From: Eledone cirrhosa
Taxonomy: Eukaryota
Assembly: GCA_964016885.1 (NCBI GenBank)
Contig: OZ024742.1
Location: 294,810,001 to 294,874,000 of the forward strand
Length of the DNA: 64,000 bases
Reading direction: 5' to 3'
Shown here: positions 1 to 11,645 of the stretch, piece after piece
Numbering within the stretch: the stretch's first letter is position 1
How the letters are laid out: each line of letters starts with the position of its first letter
Notes under the pieces: model-generated
Database searches by the model: none
What the model was told of the DNA's origin: nothing
What the model saw: only the letters and a program-made list of their open reading frames with translations
Program-made: the position numbers and the translations under genes

Positions 1-55
1 CATTTTAAATACAGTGGAGCCTGTCCTACTCCAGGCTGAAACACACCCAATTTCT

Positions 56-230
<175 letters not shown>

Positions 231-342
231 AATTAACTCAAGAACTGAACTGTTACTTTCTCTATATTGAAAAGATGAAAGGCAAAGTTAACCTTAGTGA
301 GTTGAAACAAATAACCTAATAACTCTGCCAACTCATTGCCGA

Positions 343-1430
343 TCATCATCATCATCATCGTTTAACGTCTATCTTCCACGCTAGCATGGGTTTAGATGGG
401 ACTTGTCCCACTTGAGGCAAGATTGGTCAGGCGACCGTGTCTCGCTCGTATAGGACTATCTGGCAGGTTTTCTATGGCTGGATGCCCTTCCTAACACCAA
501 CCACGTTTACAGTGTGGACTGGGAACTTTTTACCGTGTTACCTACACGGCCACATTACAGCATGGACTGTGTGTGTTTTTGTCGTGACACCTACACAATC
601 TCATTTATTTTGGACTGGATGTTGTGGTACCAACATAACTTTATAGAGAAAGGGTGGTGTTGGTGGGAGTGGGAGGATGGAGTAGGGTAGTGGGTTGGGG
701 TGTATGTTTGGTTTGGAGGGGCCTACTGACCGTAGGTTAACTTTGCACATAGGCAAGGCAGGTCTTCTGTAATACTGTATGGCACTAAAGATCTCGGTCC
801 AGTGACATTGTCTTAGAGAGGTGTAAGTGTGCAAGATCGGACTTTATCATGTCGTCCCAGGTTTTTCTGGGTCTACCTATTCCGTAACTTCCATCAATTT
901 TGATCGCCCTACACGTTTTTATACAACTGTCGTCTTTCATGAGCATCACGTGACCGTACCAACGTAATCTTCTCTCAAGTAAACAGCATCTGATCCCTCT
1001 TATTCCTAATTTCTTACTTAGTTCATTTATGTTTTGCCGTTTGTGTATATTACTATTACACAGCCAACTGAGCATGCATGCTTCGTTCCTTTCCAGTCTG
1101 CGCAGGTCCTCTGCACATAATGCCCATCTCTCACTGCCATGTATCATTGCTGTTCGTATACATTGCTGTTCGTATACAATCTGCCTTTCATTTTCAGAGA
1201 GAAACCTTTTGTGACTAACAGTGGTATAAACTCTTTGAACTTTTTCCATCCCGTTCTAACTCTGGCTACTCTACTTTCAGAACACCCTCCACCACTGCTG
1301 ATTTTGTCACCCAGGTAACGGAAAGTGTCCACTATTTCTATAGAACCATCTGGGTAGTAGAAGGAGCTAGTATCCTGTGGACACTTGCTACTTATTGCAC
1401 CTGAGCATCGACCACATATAAAATCTATGT
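343..1430 (-). mobile_element. 5'-truncated RTE-clade LINE (C-terminal part of RT ORF, 3'UTR, (GAT)n tail), frameshifted
   Basis: ORFs 1144..1332 and 785..1249 read FRYLG..ARVRTGWKKF..HGSERW..RRLRWYGHV..GRPRKTW; homologous to the copies at 8690 and 14385. Confidence 0.9.
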
Positions 1431-1447
1431 ATCATTTCTGTAATAAT

Positions 1448-1663
1448 GGTTTCTTATATAGGCACAAAGCTAGAAATTTTTTGGGAGGGGAAAGTCGATT
1501 AAATCGACCCCAGTGCATGACTGGTACTTTATTTTATCGACCCTGTAAGGATGAAAGGCAAAGTTAACCTGGGCGGGATTTGAACTCAGATCATAAAGGG
1601 CCGTAACTCTATGCTGTAAAGCATGGCGTCTGGTCATCTACTGATACTGCCAATCCACCGCCC
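1448..1663 (-). mobile_element. tRNA-derived SINE (family 1)
   Basis: On the minus strand: A box TGGCAGTATCAG, B box GAGTTCAAATCC, central GCCTTTCATCC..GTCGATAAAAT block, ATT-rich 3' end. Many copies in the window. Confidence 0.9.
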
Positions 1664-1676
1664 TAGTTTACATGTA

Positions 1677-1747
1677 CCTCTTAACCAGGATTGAACCCAA
1701 GGCCAGGATCTCTACCGTCTCTAGTACCTACCGCTAGGCCACAGAGA
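1677..1747 (-). other. tRNA-like Pol III cassette directly upstream of a SINE
   Basis: A box TGGCCTAGCGG and B box GGTTCAATCC on the minus strand; no clean cloverleaf. Confidence 0.5.
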
Positions 1748-3599
1748 TATCATTTCTGTAATAATTGTTTCTACTTTTGGCACAAGACCAGCAATTACCC
1801 AGTACATCCCTGGTACTTTATTTTATCGACCTCTGTATGTGTTATTAGCTACTTCTTTTAGTACTAATTGTAAAATATAGAACATTGTCAGTCTTTCTAC
1901 TTAATTTTGTAACCAAGTGAAGATAGCCAGTAGCGAATTGGAAGTGGGTGAAGTGGGGGATAGGACTAGGCTTTTAGCCAGGGTGACCATAATATTTAAA
2001 GAGCCCCAAATTAATGTTTTTGCTGCTACCATAAAGATACATAAGGGCCTCAATGAAAGTTTCAGCCAGGGGCTCCATGCAAGCTTAATCCTTGGATAAT
2101 ATAATTTAATTATTGTGTGATAATGTTTCAAATAGTGTTCACTGAACTCATATTTATCTCTGTGATGTATATAAGTGTGATATATGTACATACCATCGTA
2201 CATATATCACACATCGTACATATATCATACATCATAGAGATAAATATTATAGATGAATGGATAGATAAATCAATGGGTGTGGATAGATAAGCTTGTTGGC
2301 AGACAGGATGATGGATAGATAGGTATTTGAATGGTGTAACAAATACAATTTGGGGTGGCAGTGTAAAAGTAAATTAAGTCTCACCTAGAGCACATGAAAA
2401 CATTGTGCTGGCCATATCATTCTAAAAATGAAATGTATGAGTGTTCTCCAGCCTATATAATATTGGACGGTGTTGACCTATCCAACTATGCCAGCATTGA
2501 AAACAGATGTATGACATGACAAAAGAGCACCCAGTCCACACTGTTAGATCGTTGTTTTGGTGCCATGATAAAAAGCACCCAGTCCACACTGCAATGTAGT
2601 TGGCATTACGAAGGGCAGCCAACCGTAGAAACCAAGCCAGAAACAGTTCTGTATGAGCAAGATACAGTTACCTGGCCTGACTTGTCTCATAATATGACAA
2701 TCTATTTAACCCATGCAAGCATCGAAAATAAAATTTAAATGGTGATGATGATGGTTTCTAATTTAGGCACAAGACCAGCAGTTTTGAGGGAAGGGGGCAG
2801 TTGATTATATCGATCCCCAGTACATTACTGATACTTTATTTTTTCAACCCCAGAAGGATGACGGGTGAAGTTGACCGTAGCAGAATTTGAATTCAGAACT
2901 CAAAGGGCCAGAAGAAACATTCTTTTCCTATTTTCTTCTGAATTTAAAGCTACTTTAAATTTTAATAGACATAAAAGAAAACTATAGTTTGAGAAAAAGA
3001 AAAGAAATAAACTTATAGAAAACATATGGAATATATCAGATATCCGGTGGTGTTTTACAGACATACATTTCATTAAGAAATTTCATCTCTCATTCATGAC
3101 ATTCATGTTTCCTTATAGATATCCAACAGAGCTTGAGGAAATTAATGTTTACCTTAATACTTCCTATGCTTACAATAACCTTTAAACTCAAAACAGTCTT
3201 CTCTCAACTTTTTAAAATTTTATATAAAAAAGAAAAAATATTTACTCTTTTTTTTTTGTATGATTTTAACTAAAATCTCTGTTTCATTAAGGTTCTCTTT
3301 CTCTAGAAATTCCTTACAGATCATGTGATTGTTTAGAAAATATTCTGTTTATTCTTATGAACTTCTATATATCTTTACAGACTCCTTGCTGATTGGTTTA
3401 CAAGAAGTCAACTAAAATCTGTCAACACTAACACCAAATATACTTCAATGGATGTGCAGTGTTAGTGTGCATGAATGACAAATAACAGACGAGTTGATGG
3501 GTAAAACTGAACATAAGATAATCATACGCACTGAACATGACAGAAGATTGTGCTGGTATAGATGTGTGATGGATATGGTAAGGATGATGATTGTTGGGT

Positions 3600-4040
3600 G
3601 AAAAAAATGGCAAATGTTCCTAGTGAAAGAAAGCTGTTGCTGCTTGCTGTTTCTATTCATCAGATACTCAGCTTGCACCTACATCCTAGATTTTTCAAAC
3701 ATAGCTATTGAATTGAAAACCATTTTGCGACCTCATTTTTCATTTTGATTTGTTGTTGTAATCTTGCAAAAGACTAGATTAGATGGCTGCCAGTAAGTAA
3801 GTGTATCTGTTTCTCTTGCCAACTCATCGTCCATGAGTGGTGTAAAATGGGAGGTCTTCAGCATCATCAACAATCAACAGATCAAGTATATCACTGCCAT
3901 GATAGCTGAAAATGGCTGACCTGGGTATAAGAAGTTCTACTAGGAGAGATGAGATACCACTAGCAACTATGGAAGGACGATAATGGTAATCTTTGTCATT
4001 GCTGCTACTAAAATCGATGACATTTTCTGTTGTTGATCCT
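3600..4040 (-). pseudogene. possible highly degenerate piggyBac-like transposase relic
   Basis: Broken minus-strand frames give an acidic N-terminus, 'DDELARETD' and 'FTRNICHFFH', loosely like piggyBac N-terminal motifs. Weak. Confidence 0.2.
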
Positions 4041-4699
4041 GCTAGTATCCATATGTTTGTCTTAAAGCTTAAGCCATGCATTAACATCATCTACTCATCC
4101 CCTATTAGAGCTAAAAAACTTAGCAACATAGGTAAATACGTTTCAAGTATTTCATTTGATGAAAAAATATTTTAATGGTGTTTCCTACTATTATAATAAT
4201 TCCTTAGCTACGTTATTACTTACAATTAATGTATTCTAATATACATACATATATATATACAAATACAACCTTAAATGTTAATGTAAATAGAAATATTCAC
4301 CCATACAAATACAGATACAAACATATATAGAACCATACATGCAAACTCAAGAATAAACATGAACACCAATACAAACACAAATACAATTGCAGTTGCTAAC
4401 ACAGGTAACAACACAGAAACAAGTGTAAATACCAATACAAACACAATCATATATACAGACATAAGGTGCTATATGAGCACCAACAGTAACTCCAATGAAA
4501 TTACTGATAAACACTATCTCAAATAAAATAATCATGCTATCACAAACATAAGTACAGATACTGGCATACACATAGGTTATGATGGAAATGCATACACACA
4601 CGTAAATATAAACATATATTATACAAGCACAATTACAAATGTAAATGCAATTACAAATCCAAGTACATGTGAATACCTGCAGGCATACTGATACACATA

Positions 4700-4890
4700 T
4701 AATTGTTTCTACTTTTGGCACAAGGCCAGCAATTATCCCAGTGCATTACTGGTTCTTTATTTTATCGATCCCATAAGGATGAAAGGCAAAGTTAACCTCG
4801 GTGGGATTTGAACTCAGATCATAAAGGGATGTAACTCTATGTTTCAAAGCATGGCGTCCGACCCTCTACCGATACTGCCAATCCAATACC
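4700..4890 (-). mobile_element. SINE family 1, near full length
   Basis: Same A/B boxes and central block as 1448-1663. Confidence 0.9.
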
Positions 4891-5519
4891 TATCAGAAAC
4901 ATAAGTGCAAGCAGAAAAAGGTCTGGCTATTTTCATAAACACATCCACACTTCCTTCCTCCTGAATGAGGTAGTAAATTGTGCAAAAAATATCTTCACGT
5001 CATAATGCAGATAGACATTACATTAGCTTTATAGTAAACTCTTTTAAGAACCATTATTATAAGCATATGAGCACTTTCAGACATCCAGAGCACAAAATCA
5101 GCATTGGTCAAATAGGTATGAGCATTTAAGGAAAATAACATAATGATCTACAATATAACTTGACACATAGATAAAAGGGCTGAAACCTACACGATGGGAG
5201 TTTTTTAAAATACCAGCAATGTATAGGCGAACATTTTCATTTGTTAATAAGTATGTATAAACTTTTAAAAAGAAATTAAGAATTAATTTCAAAATGTAAG
5301 CAGCAGGATAAACATTATATCGAACCACTTTCAAACAAATAGGCTAATTCTTATACACTAGAAACCCTCACACACATCTCAGAAACAACTATACATTAAT
5401 TTATGATATACATAAATTTTCACATTTTTCATTGTCAATAACCTGATATTCTTGAACTCAAAAATCACCCAGATGCAGCTACTACATCGCTATACATCGA
5501 TTTATAAAGATGATAACAA

Positions 5520-6347
5520 AAAGAAAGTTTGCCAATGTCTAGTGACGTGAGGTGTTCTGCATTGCAAAGCAGTGTGTCTCAGAATTTAAACAGACCATTT
5601 GCACATACAAAATTTTTTGGCAAAACGCATGCCCAAACACTTGTTTGTGTAGCAAAAAGCAAATCGGTTGTAAATTTGTGGGGATTTGCTAGAAATACTC
5701 GAAATTGAGCCAAATTCCTTGGATAAAATAATTAAATGGTTGTTCAAGTATGATCCAGAGACAAAGTGGCAGGGTGAGGAGTGGCACAGGAAAAATTCTC
5801 CTCATTTGAAGAAAGCAGACATGAGTAGATCCAGGGTGAAAACAATGATTATTATTGTGGTATTGTTGGCAATTTTATGCCTCCAGGACAGACAGTTAAT
5901 AGCACCTTCCACAAAGATGTCTTGGAACAACTTTAAAAACAGGTTGAGTGAGTCCAAAAGGACATTCCTGGAGATTGGGTACTGCACCACAATAATGTGT
6001 CTGCTCACATAGCATTTTCAATTAGAGAATTACTGGTGAAGGAAAACATTTCCACTCTTCTACATCCTCCCTAAAGCCCTGATCTAGCTCTGTATAATTT
6101 CTACATTTTCCCTGAGTTGAAATCAAAGTTGAAGGGTCATCATTCTGGGACTATGGAAAGCATACAAAAAATTGTAATTGATAAGCTAAGGACTTCCGAC
6201 ACTGCTATGATCAATAGAAAAACATTGGCACCAATGTGTGACTTTTCAAGGATCACATTTTCAAAGAGATAACTTGTAATGTTATGTACATCTATATATA
6301 CAGTTAAATAAAATATCAGTACGCTTACTTTTGGGGCAAACCTTGTA
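5520..6347 (+). mobile_element. mariner (Tc1/mariner) transposase relic with likely right TIR
   Basis: WLFKYDPETK.Q..EW....SP..KKA.MSRS.VKTM (ORF 5686..6012); downstream HPP*SPDLA-like motif near 6062; TIR-like end CTTACTTTTGGGGCAAACCTTG followed by TA. Confidence 0.85.
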
Positions 6348-6904
6348 TATATGTGTATGTATATACATGGCTTTTCTATATGTGAATATGTTCATATTTA
6401 TAAACAGCATTATATGATGATGTGTATAATACATATCCAAACTATTTTCATTTATTTCAATTTATAGTCACGGTCAACTTTGCCTTTCATCCTTATGGGG
6501 TTCATAAAATAAAGCACCAGTAATGCACTGGGGTAATTGCTGACCTTGTGCCAAAAGTAGAAACAATTATATTTAGTACAATAATAAAGTGCTTATAACA
6601 TAAAATTCACTCGGTAGAGTGTGGGACTGTATGTTAGTGAGATGTGCACTTTCGGTCTGTCTAGAAGGTCAGTAGTCCAGCTTGATTTCTGACTTGGTCT
6701 GTGAAGGCCTGTCTAACCCTTGCTAGCTGGGAAAACACACATTAAATGATGATGATAATAATGTATCTTAATCACCTAGGCACTTTCAGTTTACACTGTA
6801 TAGTGAGATACATTAAAAAAATGTACAGGTACAAGTGTCTGATACATATTCTTTGTATGTGTGAGCATTGCATGTATGTATATGTGTATATGTATGCATG
6901 TGCA

Positions 6905-7480
6905 ATTATAATATAGTAATGAAAATTATTGTGTACAGTGCTCAAGAGCACCACAACTCATCAAAAGTGCATGTATAGTACATAGAATAATATACAAATG
7001 TCAGGAAAGTGAACAGTGTATGAGTCATAATTGTTTCTACTTTTTGGCACAAGGCCAGCAATTAACCAGTGCATTACTGGTACTTTATTTTATCGACCCC
7101 GTAAGGATGAAAGGCAAACATACACAGATACATCCATGCGTGTTTATGGAGGGGGAAAAACAGGTGTAGTGTTGGCGAACTTCAGGAAGCATGGAAGTTT
7201 TGAAGGATGCAGTGTCCCAGCAGCTAACAACTGACGCAGGTAGTTTGTTCCATGCTTCAACAACTCTGAACGTTAAAAAATGTTTCCGAAAGTCATGGGA
7301 GCTGTGCTGTTTTCTGATTTTGTAAGCATGTCCACGGGTGATAGACACATGGAGATCAAAAAAGATGCTCAGGGTTGTTGGCAAAACGGTTAATAATTTT
7401 GTGAGTGTCTGCCACACATCGGAAATTTAATGTACTGATGCCCAGAGAAGAAAGACATTCAGAGTATGGATACCTGATGG
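6905..7480 (-). mobile_element. CR1-type LINE 3' fragment interrupted by a truncated SINE (7030-7117)
   Basis: TRGHAYKIRKQHSSHDFRKHFLTFRVVEAWNKLP (ORF 7085..7417) is a typical CR1 ORF2 C-terminus; second copy at 17060. Confidence 0.85.
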
Positions 7481-7813
7481 AGGGTATTTGTTTGTATATA
7501 TGTGCAATTATATATATATATATGTACACATTTATGTGTAGGTATGAGGATGTATAGTTTTGAGTGTGTTAGTGAGTTAATATGAACATACTATAGTTTC
7601 TTTTTTATAATATCTTAACATCCATTTGCTAAAAATGAATTTTCGAAAAAAAAAATCTTATTTACCCCATCTTGTTTATCATTATACAAACCACACTTAT
7701 TATATTTGTCATATATACTGTATCATGTGAAAATTATTTCTAGTTGTTTGATCAGCGGCTATCTGCAAAACTCAGAGTAGCAACAGAGAGTAATTTTAGT
7801 AATATAGTATATA

Positions 7814-8124
7814 CCGTATTTCCTGTCATCAAAGATGCTTTACCAATTTTGACAAGCAAAAATTTGAAAAACAATGATAAACATAAAAATAAGGTCCTGG
7901 CACTTCAGGTTTTCTTACATAATTTTTTTAAGATATTTTGTTTATTTACTACTTTAACTAAGTATATACACAGGAGTTCAGATTACTGTCTAGCATAGAT
8001 AATTTTCCTTTGGGGTTAGGATATACCTATGAGAAACATAACCTTCGACCTCCAGGATGCATGGAAAATTTTTGAGACGACTTATTTTAGGAAAAAATAA
8101 CATCTTCAACATCAGGAAATATGG
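7814..8124. mobile_element. non-autonomous Tc1/pogo-like MITE
   Basis: Imperfect TIRs CCGTATTTCCTG... / ...CAGGAAATATGG in a TA context. Confidence 0.5.
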
Positions 8125-8155
8125 CATATATATATATATATATACATATAGGATA

Positions 8156-8240
8156 GAGTAGGACCCCGACGGCTGAGCTCAAGCCGTTTCGACGGCTAAG
8201 CCGTCGAAACGGCTTGAGCTCAGCCGTCGGGGTCCTACTC
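8156..8240. repeat. perfect 41-bp-arm GC-rich palindrome with TAA loop
   Basis: 8156-8196 is the exact reverse complement of 8200-8240. Confidence 0.97.
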
Positions 8241-8689
8241 GTTCCTATTCCCCACTCTACTACCCTAAGTATTGAGTACTTTGGTGCATTATGGTCCATC
8301 TGGTACCTTACCACATTTCCTTCGTTATATATACATATATATAGACACCCAGACATATATAAGTAGGTAGTTAGTTTCACCTTATGGTGAAATGCAACGT
8401 AATGAAAATATACTCGATACTGCAGCAGAGTAGAATATATTTATTCATATCTGTGTCTTTGTGAGTCTCTAACAGGAATTTCTCATTACTGATATTTGGT
8501 TGACGTGCGTGTCTGTGTGTATTTATTTGATATATAGTATTACTTCCTGCAACGTGAAAGAGATCCTCTTTCTAACCCTATTCTTTTCTATACAAAATAT
8601 AATAAGGAAGTTCTTGAATTTATAAATTTAAATGTTTATGAGAAATTCTTCTTCATTTCCTCTTTATTTTAGTTACAGTTATAATTCTA

Positions 8690-9730
8690 ATCATCATCAT
8701 CATCATCATCATCGGGTTTAGCGTCCGTGTTCCACACTTGCATGGGTTTGGACGGGGGTTTTCCCACTTGAGGCAAGAGTGGTTGTCTTGCTCGCATAGG
8801 ACTGTCTGGCGGGTTTTCTACAGCTGGATGCCCTTCCTAACACCAACCACATTTACAGTGTGGGGCTGGGAGGTTTTTACCGTGTTGCCTACACGGCCAC
8901 ATTACAGCGTGGACTGTGTGTTTTTTTGTCGTGACACCTACACGATCTCATTTGTTTCGGCCTGGATGACGCGGCACCAACATAACTTTACATTGAAAGG
9001 GGCGGTGTGGATGGGGTGGAGGTGGTGGGACGGGGGTGTGTTTTGATAGAGATGCCTACTGACTGTAGTAGGTGTTTACTTTGTATATAGGTAAGGCGGG
9101 TCTTCTCTATTACTGAGTACCGCCAAAGGTCTCGGTCCAGTGACATTGTCTTGGAGAGGTGTAAGCGTGTGAGGTCGGAATTTATCATGTCGTCCCAGGT
9201 TTTTCTGGGTCTGCCTACTCCGTGGCTACCGTCTATCTTTATTGCCCTGCACTTTGTTATACAGCTATCGACTTTCATGCGCATCACGTGACCGTACCAA
9301 CGTAGCCTTCTTTCGAGTAAACAACATCTGATCCCTCTTATTTCTAATTTTTTCCTTAGTTCGTTTATGCTTTGCCGTTCATGTATATTACTATTGCACA
9401 TCCAGCGGAGCATGCAAGCTTCGTTCCTCTCTAGTCTGCGTATATCCTCTGCACACAATGCCCAGGTCTCACTGCCATGCAGCATTGCTGTTCGTATGCA
9501 GGCATCGTATAACCTGCCTTTCATTTTTAGGGAGAACCCTCTAGCGGCTAATAGTGGTATAAGCTCTCTGAACTTTTTCCAACCAGTTCTGACTCTAGCT
9601 ACTGTACTTTCAGAGCACCCTCCCCCACTGCTGATTTTGTCACCCAGGTAACGGAAGCTGTCCACTATTTCTATAGAACCCTCTGCGCAGTTGAAGGAGC
9701 TAGTATTTTGTGGGCACTTGCTGCTACTTA
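8690..9730 (-). mobile_element. 5'-truncated RTE-clade LINE
   Basis: ORF 8988..9665 is the RTE C-terminus; (CAT)n tail at 8690-8712 on the plus strand. Confidence 0.92.
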
Positions 9731-10197
9731 ACTCTAATGTGTATATCTATCTAATGGTAATTGGGTTCCCTTGCATTACGTTATTCCCAAATGAATACAT
9801 GTCAACCATTAGAAAGTTGAAGGAGGAGGAGGAGGAGGAAGAGTGGAAGACAATTAGAAGACATTTAAGATCACAAAAGGAAACAGATTTGTGTCTAAAA
9901 AGCCAATGAGGAAAGCTTGAAGATTTCACTTGGTCACCTTTGTGACATCCACAATAGCACCTAAGCATTTACCAAAGTAACTAGACATTTCAAATTCACC
10001 TCTTGTTAGAGCAACTCTCAGCTTATCAAAGCCCTTTACACAGTAAACACACTTCCTCAGCAAGAACAGGGAGAAAACATTTCCTTTTTACTCTAGTGTG
10101 TTGGTTCCAAACCTTTTTTAATCACAGCCCACTTTAAAATTATTTTAGTGCACTTTTTACCTAAATTTGAAAATTTATTCAAAATAGATATTTATAT

Positions 10198-10251
10198 ACT
10201 CTTTTACCTGTTTCAGCCATCCGGCTGAGGCCATGCTGGGGCACCGCCCTT
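10198..10251 (-). mobile_element. retroposon 3'-tail fragment (GGTGCCCCAGCATGGCC..GGCTGAAACAGGTAAAAGAGTA)
   Basis: A closely similar tail occurs on the plus strand at about 18379-18432. Confidence 0.65.
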
Positions 10252-10253
10252 GT

Positions 10254-10258
10254 AAAAA
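10254..10258 (-). terminator. Pol III terminator (T5) after tRNA-Ala
   Basis: AAAAA on the plus strand, about 18 nt 3' of the tRNA. Confidence 0.6.
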
Positions 10259-10275
10259 TTGCGAATGTGGTATAT

Positions 10276-10347
10276 TGGAGCTGCCGGGTATCGAACCCGG
10301 GGCCTTTCGCATGCAAAGCGAACGCTCTACCACTGAGCTACACCCCC
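10276..10347 (-). tRNA. tRNA-Ala(TGC): tRNA-Ala (anticodon TGC)
   Basis: GGGGGTGTAGCTCAGTGGTAGAGCGTTCGCTTTGCATGCGAAAGGCCCCGGGTTCGATACCCGGCAGCTCCA folds as a cloverleaf with the G3:U70 Ala identity pair and one G:G mismatch in the acceptor stem. Confidence 0.93.
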
Positions 10348-11459
10348 TCGCTGCATATATCTATATTAGCATAACATATATTAGCACATGTCAGCAGAAG
10401 GACACCTAGGAGTCATGACCTGGATGTGGCCCGGCCCTCATTGAGTATACGAAGTTAAGATCCAAAACACTCACTTGAGGGTTGTCTCTTCTCTGAAGAC
10501 CTTCTGCTGTCCAGATCTCCTAAGAGTTTCTTACTACTAGCATATATATCTATATTAGCATAACATAATATGGTTAATTAGAAACTCAGAAAAATAATTT
10601 TTACTGCTATCTTTATTTAATAAATGGAACAAACTTATTAATGAAAAACATGTGCTTGGGATTTTCTGGCAATGTTTTCAATCTTGGTTTAGTTGATTCC
10701 CACTTTGAGTTTAATATATGAACTTTATTATTTGTATTTTTCACATTTTGAAATAGAATCTTGCTCTTTCTTAGTGCACCAGTGTGCCAAGGTGTACAAT
10801 TTAGGAACCACTGTTCTAGAGCTTTCTTTTTGCTCATATATGCCTTGTCTTAATTACAATAACTAAAACGTTATTGGCTAAAATCCACTGCACCACTGAC
10901 CGAGCACACTGAGATGTCTTTAGTATAGTGACTGTCTCCAACCTCATTCATTACACTATAGAGACTGTAAAGGAAACGAAAAGGCCCTTGACACCTGATG
11001 GAGTTGTAGGGGCTCCATTCTGACATGTGGCTTGTCTTGAGCATTTTTAACCTGGTGGAGCCCACCCCTTCCCACGTTTTAATATAGACTATTTCTTCCA
11101 GAGGAAGGTGGGGTGGAGAGGGGAAGGGGAAGAGAGAGGAGAGGGGGAGAGAGAGAAGAAGGGGAGAGAGAGGAGGGAGAAAGCGGTGATGAATTGGTAC
11201 ATTATTTATCAACCTAAAAAAATTTTTTTTAAATTTGACTTTGGCAGGATTTGAACTCAGAGCACAATGAGCCAGAGTACTGAAGCATTTAATCCAACAC
11301 CTTAATCATTATCATAACTGTTTAACATCCATTTTCCATGCTTGATACCACATCATGCAGCTATACATGTGGTAGTTAACGCCAAACAATATTTTCCTCT
11401 CCGTGTCACTTTTTACATATGTCTTCATCTCCAGGTCTAACTGGCTCCCTTCATCATGT

Positions 11460-11645
11460 GTTATATGGTCCATCGGTAGAGACTTGGACACCATGCTTTA
11501 TGATCTGAATTCAAATCCCGTCGAAGTTAGCTTTGCCTTTTATCCTTACGGAGTCATTAAAATAAAGCACCAGTAACACACTGGGTCGATTTAATCAACT
11601 TTCCCCTCCCTTCAAATTGCTGGCCTTGTGCATAAAGTAGAAACA
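11460..11645 (+). mobile_element. SINE family 1 (diverged)
   Basis: GAATTCAAATCC..GCCTTTTATCC..GGCCTTGTGCATAAAGTAGAAAC. Confidence 0.8.
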
